Origin: Callorhinchus milii
Lineage: Eukaryota
Length of the DNA stretch: 64,000 nucleotides
NCBI RefSeq assembly: GCF_018977255.1
Contig: NW_024704743.1
Span: forward strand, 46,254,001 to 46,318,000
Direction: 5' to 3'
Each line of letters begins with the position of its first letter. Positions within the stretch are counted from its first letter, which is position 1. A program made the translations under genes and the position numbers. The notes below the pieces were generated by a model. It did not search any database. It was not told where the DNA came from and saw nothing but the letters and a program-made list of their open reading frames with translations. Of this stretch, positions 13,161 through 25,420 are shown piece after piece.

Positions 13161-14111
13161 CAACCCAGGGATATGCTTTATGCAGCCCAATTGATAGCAC
13201 AATGCAGCACATCACAGGAACAAAGATGTACTTTCAAAGTGTATGCTGACTTATTTTTGAGCTGCTGTAAGCATTTGCTGGGTGTCTGAAGTGGTGAATT
13301 TTGGAGACTAGTTGCATATGTTATTGTTCTGCATGAACAGTATTCTTTTGCTGGCTTGGTTAACTAAACGTTGACAATCGTTTTGTGCTTTGAAGAGCTC
13401 ACTCCCCTTCCCTCTCTGATTGAATTGACAAAGACGAATGCACTCAAATAGGATAAAGAGGTTTAGGCTTATGAATGCCATTTCTGAACTCCTGCCAAGG
13501 CAGATGGCTGGTTTCTACAGAACTGAAATGATCTGAGGTGGAAGCTTTCGGTTATCTGCACCATTTAACCCAGTTTGGAAAGTTTCCTGAATTTGCAGAC
13601 TTTGCGGTGGCAAACTACTTGAGGGGATACATAGAGGGTCCAGTCAGTTGTGATGTGATCAGCTGAGTTGGTCAAGTAAATCGCAGAATCACAGCTGTGT
13701 GTTATAATTTTGGGTGTTCCCGTGAATAAAAAGTGGGAACTAATTTGCGGTATTTCATTGTAATAATAATCCTTGCATTTGATATTGTTTCTTTCATGTC
13801 AGGAGTATGTCTCAAAGCACTTATGGAGGATATACTGTGGATAAAGCGTAGTACTGTATTTCATAGGCAAATTAGATTCCTCACGAAGGATTCTGAGCCG
13901 TGCAAATGGGAACTTCTGGTAACCAGAACTACGTTACACCAGTCCATGGGAACTCCGCTCTCATACAATCTACTTCTAAAGTTAGTTCCTATGAGACAGT
14001 GATAGTTCTATTAGGATTCCTTAATAAGGAATGAAGCTGTTTTGTTTTCTTGTGGGAAGGTAAATCCAATCAATTTTAAGGAGGCAGGTATCCTGATGTC
14101 CTGGCTAATTG

Positions 14112-15024
14112 TTCATCTGACATCAAGTCCTGGGTAAGAGCCAGCTTCCTCCAGCTCAATGTTGGCAAGACAGAGGCCCTCCTGCTTGGCTCCCAGCAGC
14201 GCCTCCTCACCTCAGCCACTGACACTATCACCATTCAGGGCTGCACTCTTCACCTCGCCGAGCCAATCCGAAACTTCGGTGTCCTTTTTGACCCTCAGCT
14301 ATCCTTCAAACCTTACATTCGTGCTGTGACCCTTTCCACCTTTCCACTCCTCCGCAACATTGCCCACCTCCACCACTGCCTCTCACCGCAGGCCTCCGAT
14401 ACCCTGATCCACGCTTTCATTATGTCCCGGCTTGAGTACTCCAACTGCCTGCTCACTGGACTTCCCAACTCTTCCTTCCACAAGCTACAGATTATTCAGA
14501 ACTCTGCAGCTTGTGTCCTCTCCCGCATCAGGCTCCGAGAACCTATCACCCCATTCTTGCCCAGATTCACTGGCTCCCCATTCCTCAGAGAATCGAGTAC
14601 AAAACCCTTGTTCTTACTTTCAAGGGCCTCCATGGTCTTGCTCCCCCTACCTCTCCCACCTCATAACCCCATATCAGCCTGTCTGTTCCCTCCGTTTGGC
14701 AGACACCAGCCTGCTTCAGGTCCCCCGCACTTCCCGCCCCACCACTGGGGATCAGGCATTCAGCATCTCTGCCCCCACACACTGGAACTCTATCACGCAA
14801 TCCCTCCACCTCACCCTCCCTCTTGCCTCCTTCAAGTCCCGTCTGAAGACCATCCTCTTTAACCGTGCCTTCGGCCACACTCCCACCCCCACCCCCCCTG
14901 CCCTCCTCCGCTTCTGACCCCAACTCCCAGCTCGAGACCAAAACTCCTGATTGTCCAGTGCCCTGGGACGTCTTTCCAACATGAAGGGCGATATACAAGT
15001 GTAATTTGTTATTGGTGTTGTTGT
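14112..15024 (+). mobile_element. L2 LINE 3' portion (about 900 bp)
   Basis: FLQLNVGKTEALL..LGVLFDPQLSF..LIHAFIMSRLEYSNCLLTGLP..LQIIQNSAA; frameshifts; TTG-rich tail. Confidence 0.92.
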
Positions 15025-15112
15025 ATACTTAGATGAAATTTGTTATTCATGTTCTAAATTGTTATTAAGTTAGCCTCAGCCAATGCAGTGAATTATTATC
15101 TTCTATTTAATG

Positions 15113-15430
15113 ATGATAATCCTTACATTTGGTATAGTGTCTTTCAGAGGAGGACATGCCAAAGTGTTTCACAGGATATACTGTAAAATGGAGTGATTGT
15201 GTATTGTGGGTGAACATGGCAGCCAATTTGCGCACTGCAATGTGTCACCAACAGCCATAGAGTGAGTGAACAATTGTATTTGAGGGATTGTGGCCAGGAC
15301 ACGCTTTTCTTTTCAAATATTGCCATAGGATCCTTAACATCCCCCTGAACAGGCAGCCATGAAGCCTCGGTTTAACATCTCATCTGAAGGACTGCACCTC
15401 CAACAGTGCAGCACACCTCCAGCATTGTCC
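15113..15430 (-). mobile_element. Deu-domain SINE
   Basis: Tail, core and CCTCGGTTTAACATCTCATC motif shared with other copies. Confidence 0.8.
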
Positions 15431-15809
15431 TCCTGATGTAGAAGATGCTACATAAGTGGGCAAAATTGCTGTCCAATTGTTTACAAATATGCATTACATT
15501 TGACAGTAATTACTGTGAAGCGCTTTTGGACCTTTTGATGTGATAATAAAATAAAACGGTAGAATCTTGCTGTAATGGGGCAGTTGGGCTTCCATAAATT
15601 TCCAACCAGTGCTATGATGGATGTGATCATTGTTTGGCGGCTCCACATTCACTGTGCATGTGTGCAGAAAAACAACAGCTCCGTCAATGCTTCAAAATGG
15701 CAGCATGTGAAAAGCCCAAATGGTCGATCTCTGGGTCACCAGATTGTCACTGCTGTTACTTGCTGCTCGCTGTGAATCACACTTGATCTTTTACATAATT
15801 ATTTGGGGA

Positions 15810-15971
15810 GGACAAGTTTGCAGGGTTATGGGGTGGGAGCAGGGGAGTGGGATTGATTTGGATAGCTTTTTCCAAAGAGCTGATAATAGAATTATACAGC
15901 ACAGAAGGAGACCACAGACATGGTGGGCTGAATGGCCACCCTCTGTGCTATATAATTCTATGATTCTATGA
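15810..15971 (+). mobile_element. CR1 3' UTR fragment
   Basis: GGGCTGAATGGCC..CTGTGCTATATAATTCTATGATTCTATGA: CR1-type 8-bp terminal repeats. Confidence 0.75.
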
Positions 15972-17944
15972 CCTATGCTTCGGGGACAATTCTGAATATT
16001 ACGAAATGCAGAGAAAGGCTCTCAAGCAACAAGAACAAATCTGCTGCATGGAGCAAAACAAGCCCATTTGTAATACAATTAAAACGTCTTAAATCCTGTT
16101 TTTGTATACTGTACTATTGACATTCTACGCAATTCTGACATCCTACGTAACTTGGTCAGTTCTAGGTTTGAGTTCCAGTGGATCGATTCAGCCTTTGACC
16201 CTCTATGTGTGTGTGGGGGTGGGGGTTGGGATTGGTTCGGGGAGTGGGATATCCTTGGGGCTGAACTGTCTCAGAGGAGACCCACAAAACAAACCCTGGC
16301 AGGCCCGCAGTAATTAATTCATGTTAGTGCTGGAGATGTGGACATATTCTCAAACCTGTGAATCAAGCACTTAACTGGTTGAGCAGTTTAGTTGGATAAG
16401 TACCATCCAAAATGGTAACATTTATTTTACTTTTTATAAATGTTACACTTCTTTCAGATATATTCTAGCATTGATCCTTTGTCAGGATTATAAATGTACT
16501 GATAGAGTTTGCTCCAAGGGCAAAAACTAACTTTGGGGCCAGTCTGAACTCGGCACAAGAGAGTCAGTAGGATCTCTGGTATATAGTGATAGTTTTGCAC
16601 GTAGTGTTGCATTATTTATGTATATGGATATATTTCGACGACGTGGGAGAAAACATCTTCCTGAGTATGTACATCAATTGTTGTGAGGTTTATGCCTTTA
16701 AAAATGTGTGTGTTTGTGGGGGGGTTTGTTTATTGAGAAGCAGACTTTAAAGTTCACTTATGTTTTGGCTTCAATAGCCTTTATTTTTTGTTTTTAAACA
16801 GTCTTTATTTTCCTGGATTCGTAACGTTTGGAAGAAGTAGCCTAGAATTTGAAGATTAAGGGACTGCCATTATTGCTGTGCACAGCAATGAATCATGGAA
16901 TGTGCTGGTGTCTGAGTTAATGAGACAACAGGATATGTGTGTTTTAGCAGCTGTTGGGAACTGAAGGAGTTGCTACATCTCTACTGATAAACTGGGATAT
17001 CAGTCTCAAAGAGTCTTATTTATTTAATCTTATGTTGTTATATTGTATTGTTAGTTTAGTTCCTGAGCCCTCCTAGCTGTGTTTTGGAATTGTGCAAACC
17101 CTTACATTATTGAGGAATGAACCAGGCTTACGCTGTGATAGTCCTGGCTTCCTGGCTCACCACATGATCACATGGTTGAGTCTTGTGAGCACCAGCAGGT
17201 GCCTTGTCCTTTCTCACTCTGCTGCCAGGTGGAGTTGTTCTGAGATGGTGGATCACTCCGGTTCTCAAGAAGGAACAATGTCATGGCCTGACTTGCCTTC
17301 TGTCAGTTTATTATCGGGCATTGTGCCAGTCAGTTGACGCCTTTCCCTCCCAGCTGGAAAGCAGGCCACATGAGTCCTGTAAGGGTTTGGTTCTGGGGAT
17401 ATGGGGGAGAAATGGAAACATTTGCTGAGCAATAAACAAGTGTGTTATTCCTGTGTGAATATCCATAGGTGTTTTTCCATTGAAAGCTATTTAAAGCCAC
17501 AATACTGTTCTCTTGTTTTGTTGGCATGCTTGAGACCTATCAAAAGAAGTAGCTTAAGCAACAAATACACCTATTTCATTTTGAGATGTGGAAATGTGGT
17601 TAAATCCCAGATTCCCTTTGACTCTATCTCCCTCTCTCACTTCTTTCACGGTCTGCTTCAAGACCATCTTTGACCACACATTTGGCCATCTTTTCTCCCC
17701 CTAACCTCCTTCGCTTCCTATTCCCTTGATCCCCACCCCCAGCTCGGGTGCAAACCCTATACTGTCAGTGCCTTGGGACGTCCTCCCAACATGGAAGGCG
17801 CTATATAAATGTAAATTTGTATTGTATTGTAAATTAAATTGAAAATGGTGGTTTCCAAACTCCATACTGTTCTTGCTTCAGTGTGCCTGTCATGACAACA
17901 TTGGACTTGAATTAAGAGAAATCTGAATTTACAGCTTTTTTAAA

Positions 17945-18150
17945 GGGTCAGGTCAGTCTGGCACAATATAGAATCTGTGATAATGGTCACTCTGTGGTCA
18001 CCTGTGGCAATGGTTACTATAATGCAAATGGTCACTCAGGTACAATGGATAGTGTGGTACAATAGTCATTCTGGTACTATGGTCCAATGGTCAATCTGGC
18101 ATATGGTGACCCTGGGACAATGGTCATGTGGTACAATGATTTGTACTGGG
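17945..18150. repeat. Degenerate minisatellite (GGTACAATGGTCACTCT-like unit)
   Basis: Roughly ten imperfect recurrences of TGGTCA/GGTACAATG motifs. Confidence 0.65.
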
Positions 18151-18182
18151 ATTAAGGGGACTGTGAACAACTATGCCAATCG

Positions 18183-18545
18183 TAATAATAATATTTGCAT
18201 TTGATATGGCACCTTATCATATTGTTGAAACATCTTAAATCTTGACAGGAGTTTATTCTAAAGTGTAATAATTGTGTAGTCTGTATAATGTGGCAGTCAA
18301 TTTGCATCCAGCAACATCCCACAAAATGAATGACCAGCCATGAAATGAATGACCATCTTTATCTGGAGGATTGTTGGCAAGCACACTGGAAGGAACTCCT
18401 TTCTCTTTTTGAATAGCACCACGGGATCTTTAACATTCACCTGAACAGACAGATGGGAAGTCAGTCATATCTGAAGGACAGCAACTCTTGACAATGCAAT
18501 GCTCCCCCAACACTGTGCTGCAGTGTTAGCTTAGACTGAGTCCAA
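18183..18545 (-). mobile_element. Deu-domain SINE
   Basis: Same tail/core/Deu motifs; an opposite-strand copy lies at about 18790-19015. Confidence 0.78.
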
Positions 18546-19439
18546 AGACCTGATGTGCAGTTTGATGCACATGCTTCCAGGTGCATTACTGAAGTGGAAA
18601 TTATTTTTTTTGGTGGGAACAGGCTGTAACCTGGAAGAATCACCCAAAGCACATGATGCTGCTTTAATTACTCAAAGCACATGATGCTGCTTTAATCACT
18701 AAGAACAGCTCACACCTTTTCAATGTGTTGTGGGATCTCTGAGGATAGGGCTAGAGTATGGCAGGAAATACAGCAGCTTCAAGGGAAGCTGCCTGTTCAG
18801 TTGGATGTTAAAGATCTTGTGGTACTACGTGAAAAGTGAAGGAAGTTTATCCTAATGTCCTGGTCAATAATGCCCCAGATAAAATTGGTCATTCACTTTA
18901 TGGCTGTTTGTATGCAAATTGGCTACTGATGTCACCCACAAATACAAAGTGGCATCACAGTAAAATCCTGTGAAGCACTTTGCGAAGTCTCGACAGCATT
19001 AAAAGACATTATATTGATAAATAATCATTTTTGCATTTGGTATAGCGCCTTTCACATCTGGAGGACATCCCAGTATTAAATGGAAAGACTGTTATTACTA
19101 TAATTGTTTAACATTGAACTAAATGTAGGAGACGTTTTTTCGAAGTTGAATGTAGTTTAACAAATTGTTGGCTTCTGCAGCTGATGATTGTAGTTACATA
19201 GAATTACAATGACTTTGTGTCAGTGTTTATACATCACATGAACCTCCCATCTCTCTGAATTCCCTCTCCCATGGTCCTCTATTTCCTTCTCCCTCCTGTA
19301 TGCATTTGAACATTCAGACAAAGGGCATGTTATTTTCAACAATGAGAAAAACAAGTCAGTAACTGGTGAGGAATATAAATTGGCTGACATTTTGCAATAT
19401 TCGTAAATAGCAGAACCCAGAATAATACTTTAGGATGTA

Positions 19440-19625
19440 TCAAGACATTAGAATAAGAGGAAATAGGTTTAGAGTTGTGAAGGGCAACTTCAGGACAGAT
19501 ACCAGAAAAAAAAATTACTCAGAGGGCAACTAATGACTGGAACAGGTTGCCAGAAGGGTAGTTGAAGTCAGGACATTGCACTCATTTAAAAAGCTTGATG
19601 CTGTGTTGGGAGGACAGAAGGTAGG
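19440..19625 (+). mobile_element. CR1 ORF2 C-terminal fragment
   Basis: IRGNRFRVVKGNFRTDTRK..TQRATNDWNRLP..VVEV..SFK(K)LD, matching the CR1 TRGH..RK.FF.QRVV..WN.LP..VVEA pattern. Confidence 0.75.
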
Positions 19626-20004
19626 TGTTCTGCAGGGATGAGATGAGAGCAGACGAGACCCCAGGAGCTTCTGTTGGGTATAACCCAGGTTAAATCTGAG
19701 ATCAGGGTATTTTTGAAAATATCATTAATTAGACCCCATTCTCCACAACCTCTTCTCTACATTTACATCTGTTTGACTGGGTAATCATACCTGATCTACA
19801 ATATGGCAAACACAGACACAGATGACTGGAAGAGTGGGCCTGTTACTTTAACATCTTTAATGCTATACATCCACCATGAGATGCATTGACTACCTGCTTT
19901 GGGAGCTATAAAAAAAGTCTGGGCCATTACTCAATGAAGTACAAAGCTCACAAGAGCTCACCCTGTACAACATTGAGATGGAGATTGTTGGTGGTTTCGC
20001 GACA

Positions 20005-20178
20005 TGGTTATAATTATACGTTACCCCCCCTCATGCAAGCTTTATTTATAGAGCAGGTGTTCACTGAACCAAAAGTGCTCCCAGCACTGAATAGCCAGAT
20101 GTATTGCACTTTTGATCCAGACACCTGCTCTATAAGTGAAACTTGCACAGGGTGGTGGGGGGCTTATAATTATAACCA
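20005..20178. mobile_element. Palindromic MITE-like element
   Basis: Nested inverted repeats TGGTTATAATTATA/TATAATTATAACCA, TTATAGAGCAGGTGT/ACACCTGCTCTATAA and CAAAAGTGC/GCACTTTTG. Confidence 0.7.
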
Positions 20179-20278
20179 CATTGTTCTGTGTATGTGTGTG
20201 TGTGCGTGTGTGTAGATCTAGGATTTTCAGATGCCTAATTCAAGGATAGCTTGTGTATCTAGAATTGATTCTTTATTA

Positions 20279-20566
20279 ATAATAATGATAATCCTTGCAT
20301 TTGATATAGGCCTTATCACGTTAGAAGGTCATCTCAAAGCACTTCACAGATTGATTTTACTGTGAAATGGAGGGATATTTGTAGGCAAACACAGCAGCAC
20401 AATTGCGCACAGTATTGTCTCACAAACAGCTGTGAAACTAGTGACCAAGTTTATTTAGGGGAATGTTGGCCAAGACACCGGGAGAAACTCCCTTCTCTTT
20501 TTATTAATGCCCTAGAGTTCACCTGAACAGACAGACGGACCTCAGTTTAACGTCTCATCCGAAGAC
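20279..20566 (-). mobile_element. Deu-domain SINE
   Basis: Tail, core and GGACCTCAGTTTAACGTCTCATCCGAA motifs. Confidence 0.8.
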
Positions 20567-21596
20567 GATAGAATGTATGGCTTTGCTGACATCAAAATAA
20601 TTGACCATGAGATTATGGAACTTTAAGGAAAATGTGCACTTGTGTTACTTAATACACTGTGTATGCCAAATTACTCAGCAGCTTTGATACTTCAGGCCTG
20701 GTGCAGGTTTTGAAACCCGAGAGCCTTGTAAACTCACTAAAATAAACTAACCCCAGAGAGGCAGTGATGTGATGAAAGAAAGCATTCAGAAGCTGATGAG
20801 CTGATGTAATGTGCCAATAGGCAAGGAAGGTATATTTGAGAAGGCTGCTGTTTGTTTCCTTCACTGGTAATCGTTCAGAAATACTTTTGGGAGGTGGAGT
20901 TATTGTGTACCATGAAGCACATTTGTTAATGTGGACTAAAAACATTCTCTGGTTAGTAAGCAATCCCCCAGATAAATTGGTCATTCACTTCAGGATTGTT
21001 TCTGGCAAGTTGCTTTGCGCAACCTGACTGTTACATTTACCTCCAAAATACACATTCACTACACTTTGCAGTAAATCTTGTGAAGCTCTTTGAGATATTT
21101 TTCTGACGTAAAAGGCGCTGTATCAAATGCAAGGACTATTTTATATAAATTGTGCAAGTTTTCTCGCTGTGCTTAGAAATTACTTTAATATAACCTTAAA
21201 GCAAAAATAACATGATTTACGGTGTAAAAAGAAAAAAAGTTAGAAATGCATTTGTTATCATGCACATAGACAAATATCTGTTACTTGTTGATAATCCAGG
21301 AAATAAACTAAGTGTCAGGATTGAAACATTTTGATCTCTTTCCCTTCCTCCGAAGACAGACCTTCATCAGACAGACAGACTCTTCGTTTTCCCACCTTCA
21401 CAGTGGGGTCTAACCTACAGCGATTCAATCTACGAGGCACTAATTCCTGCCTATAAAAAGGAAAATGATTCACCCCAACTTGCTCCAGAAATGGATCACC
21501 TTGGAGAGGGTTGGCGTGACGCACTTCATGTTACCATATGTTAATTACTAGTACCAGTACGAACTGTAACAACTTCAGTGTCCTAAATAAAATTAA

Positions 21597-22952
21597 TGAA
21601 ATGCTCCTTCCTCTCCTGCCACTCCCTTCTCGAACCCCTTCAATCGGGTTTCCGTGCCGCCCAAAGCACAGAAGCAGCCCTGGTCAAAGTGACAAATGAC
21701 ATTTTGTCCATCTGTGACCAGGGCTCCCTCTGCCTCCTCATCTTCCTTGATCTCTCTTCTGCTTTCGACACCGTCGACCACTCTATCCTCATCCACCGCC
21801 TCTCCTCTCACCTCATCCTTCATGCTCTGTTCATGACTGGTTCAGATCGTACCTCCCACACCATCTGCACTTTATCTCCACAAATGGCTTCTCCTCCAGC
21901 CCCCGCACCGTCTCATGTGGCATTCCTCAGGGCTCTGTCCTTGGTACCCTCCTCTTCAATATCTATATGTTCCCTCTTGGTCATCCGCAGACATGGGGTC
22001 AACTTCCTCTACCTCTCTGCCTCCACCCTTGAATCCAGGACCGCTGCTCTCCTGACAGAATGTCTGTCAGAAATCAAGGCCTAGATAAGAGCTAATTTTC
22101 TTCAGTTGAACGTCAGCAAGACCGAGGCTCTCCTGATTGGCTTCTGTCAGCGCCTCCACACCTCAGGCGCTGACAGCATCACCCTCCATGGTTGCACACT
22201 CCACCTTACCAAGCCAGTACGGAACCTTGGCGCCTTGTTTGACCCTTAACTAGCTTTTCTACCCCACATCTGCGCCATGACCCGCTCTGTCTACCCCCAT
22301 CTCACCCGGCTCCGCCACTGTCTCACATGGCAGGCCGCCGAAAACCTCATACATTATTTCATTACACTGAAGCTTGACTATGCAAACTCACTGCTTGTCG
22401 GCCTCCCCAACTCCTCCCCATAGGCTGCAGATCATCCAGAACTCTGCAGCCCGTGTCCTCTCCCGCACCAGGGGCCGCGACCCTATTCCCCCATCCTTGC
22501 CCGACTCCACTGACTTCCCATCACACAGAGGATACAGTTCAAGATGCTGGTCCTCACCTTCAATGCCCTCCTTGTTCTTGCTCCCTCCTACCTCTGCAAC
22601 CTCCTAACCCCCTACCATCCTGCTCGCTCCCTCCACTCAACGGGCTCTGGCCTCTTTCACTTCCCCCACTTCGTCCGCTCCACTATTGACCGGTGGGCCT
22701 TCTGCCACTCTGCCCCTACCCTCTGAAACTGCATCCCACCGTCCCTCCGCCTCGCCCCCTCCCTTGCCACCTTCAAGACAATCTCAAGACCCTCGTCTTC
22801 GACCGTGCTTTCTATCTCCCTGCGTCCCCCCCTGCCCTGCACCCTCCCCGACTCCGACCCCAGCTCGGGTCCGAAACTCAGTCTGTCCAGCACCTTGGGA
22901 CATCCTCCCAACATGAAAGGCGCTATACAAATGTGATTTTGTTGTTGTTGTT
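21597..22952 (+). mobile_element. L2 LINE, RT domain to 3' end, inactivated
   Basis: [61 protein letters not shown]; stops, frameshifts, (TTG)n tail. Confidence 0.95.
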
Positions 22953-23130
22953 TAAAAACAGTGATATTGCCTTTGAGGAGAGGCAAAAACTATGTTTTAA
23001 AAAATAGATGCACCAAAAATCAGATATAAAACTATCAAATCGTAATTGCAAATGTTTTAATGTGTCACAATTACCTTTGCATCTTCATTTTATCTTGCAA
23101 AAATATAAACACTGCCTAGTCTTGATTTCT

Positions 23131-23573
23131 TGATTTCAAGATCCTCATCCTCACCTACAAGGCCATTCACGGCCTTGCTCCCTCCTACCTCTCCAACCTA
23201 CTATCCCCCTACCTACCTGCCCGTACCCTCCGTTCCTCTGGCTCCGGTCTGCTCCACGTCCCCCGCCCCAACCGCCCTACTATCGGTGGTCGGGCCTTCA
23301 GCCTCTCAGCCCCCAGGCTCTGGAACTCCATCCCCCAGTGCCTTCGCTGCCTCCTCCCTTTCCTCCTTCAAGGCCGGTCTCAAAACCTTTCTCTTTGACC
23401 GTGCCTTCAGCTCCCCTCTCGACTCTCTTCCTCCTCCTCGCTCCCTCCCTTCCCTCCCCTCACCCTGACCATTTCCCCCCTGCTCGGGTCATGACCCAAC
23501 TGTGCAGCGCCTTGGGACGTCCTCCTGACGTGAAAGGCGCTCTATAAGTGGAATCTTGTTGTTGTTGTTGTTG
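23131..23573 (+). mobile_element. 5'-truncated L2 LINE 3' end (young)
   Basis: Near-identical to 3636-4090; (GTT)n tail. Confidence 0.92.
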
Positions 23574-24096
23574 TAGTCAGCACCTTTTTAGCCTTTGAAG
23601 AATTACGTTGCTTTGCAGTAAAATTAGTGAAATTACATGCCTCATGAAAAGCTTTTACAAGCATTGTAAGTTAACCTCAGGCCCTTATTCAACACCGATT
23701 CATGTTGAACGCAAGCTCGCCGAAGTGCTCTGCAATACTGAAGCAGGCTCCTGAAGAGCTCTGAAGCATGAGTGCTGCAAGGCACAATCAGCAGACCTAG
23801 ATTTGTACTGTACTTCATCCTTAATCATTGCTGGTCCCCTTGAAAGCATGCAGGCTCTGGCACTTTGTGTGCATCTAAAACACCATCTTCGTTCAGTGCC
23901 CTATAATAGCTGAATGGCACATGTGAAGAACACTCAGTTGGATGAGGACCACTGGTCTGCCAGAGCCAATGGATCCATCCTGCAGCATTGCCTTCAGAAC
24001 AGCAGGGAAAATTAGAGGGTGAACACTGATGCCAGTAACTGGCGAACCTTAATTATTAAGTAGCATTTTCAGTATCTCAAGAAAATAGTTATAATA

Positions 24097-24408
24097 ATAT
24101 TAATAATAATAATCCTTGCATTTGATATAGCGCTTTTCACGTCGGGAGCGTCCCAAAGCGCTTCACAGAACACACTGTAAAGTGAATTGACTGTATATTT
24201 GTGGGCGAACGCGGCAGCCAATTGAACACAGCAATGTCCCACAAACAGTCGTAGATTGAAAATGACCAATTTATTTTTGGTTTTGGAGGGATTATTATTA
24301 GGCGTGTGGAGCAAGGAAACTTGCCCAAGTTTTCGCCCTGCCTGGAATTGAACTCAGGTCTCTCACTTGCAAAGCGAGTGCTCTAACCACTGAGCTACAG
24401 GACTCCAC
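24097..24408 (-). mobile_element. tRNA-derived SINE, short subfamily
   Basis: Full head-to-tail match to other copies. Confidence 0.93.
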
Positions 24409-24708
24409 AGTTCAGAAATTAAAGGAAATTAAATTAACCTGTAAATCATAATTTATTCATCTAATGCAAAAACATTTAAAAAAACTACTGATATGATGTG
24501 TGAGAGCCATGGATCTGTAAGAGTCCTTTGCTTTTCAGTGAAACATCCATTCTCTGTCAGCTGATATTCGTTCCCTGTCAGCTAATTCCTAAAAGTATAA
24601 AATGAATGAAAATAATTGAGCAAATCCCTGACTGTCCAGCTCCTTGGGACCTCCTCCCAACGGGAAAGTCGCTATACAAATCTAATTTTGTAGTTGTATT
24701 TGTAAATA

Positions 24709-24816
24709 CAGGGCGAGCAAAAAGTCATGATACCATTGCAATGTCTAATAAGTCTTAAAAGAAACGATTATTTTTTTTAGATAATAGGATAGTATCACAA
24801 CCTTTTGGTCACCGTG
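24709..24816. mobile_element. Tc1/mariner-type MITE (about 108 bp)
   Basis: Imperfect about 25-bp TIRs (CAGGGCGAGCAAAAAGTCATGATAC vs reverse complement CACGGTGACCAAAAGGTTGTGATAC) flanked by TA on both sides. Confidence 0.7.
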
Positions 24817-24934
24817 TATACAGGCGACGAGTGGCTTGGGCTACAGGGGGATCTACCTGTGGAATGAGTAGGAGACCGAAAGCTAGGACCAGCCGTGCCA
24901 TTACCAAGTCCCCAAGAATTGACTGACATGCGCA

Positions 24935-25018
24935 TACTCTTCACAAAGCCACACATTGGCCTTGTGGGCACTTACGCACAAGTGCCCATGAGGCCAATGT
25001 GTGGCTTTGTGAAGAGTA
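24935..25018. repeat. 39-bp inverted repeat with 6-nt loop
   Basis: TACTCTTCACAAAGCCACACATTGGCCTTGTGGGCACTT / AAGTGCCCATGAGGCCAATGTGTGGCTTTGTGAAGAGTA; only two G-T oppositions. Confidence 0.95.
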
Positions 25019-25154
25019 AGCAAATGGGACACTGCCAGCCGGCGCAGACATGGACACTGCTGCTTTCCTCCTTGCGCAGGCGCACTCCTCGGGTGATTGC
25101 ACTAGCAATCTGCCACCATCCGCCCCGCCAGCCAGTCTGCCACTGGATGGGAGC

Positions 25155-25420
25155 CATGAGGTGAATGATCAGTTATGCTTGGGGGATTGTTGGCCGGGAC
25201 ACCAAGAGAAATTCCCCTCTCTTCTCAAGTTGTTCAATGGGGTCTTTCATGTTCACTTGAACAGAGCGACAGGATCTTGGTTTAGCATTTAATTTCATTA
25301 CTTCAATGATGCCTCCAACAATGCAGCACATCCCCACGATTGCATTGGAGGGTCAGCATAGATTGTGAGACTTGATCCCACAACCTTCTGACTCAGACAA
25401 TGCTACCGACGGAGCCAGCC
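25155..25420 (-). mobile_element. Deu-domain SINE, head-side part
   Basis: TTGGCCGGGACACC..CTTGATCCCACAACCTTCTGACTCAGA motifs. Confidence 0.72.

Noticed and set aside
16802..16860. Terminal exon after a strong acceptor (SLFSWIRNVWKK*)
   Set aside because: Acceptor only; no recognisable protein or linked upstream exon.
17945..18150. CRISPR-like array
   Set aside because: Units are degenerate with no unique constant-length spacers, the context is eukaryotic, and there are no cas genes.
18646..18696. Short tandem duplications (also 58407-58448)
   Set aside because: Ordinary slippage-type duplications of about 20-25 bp.
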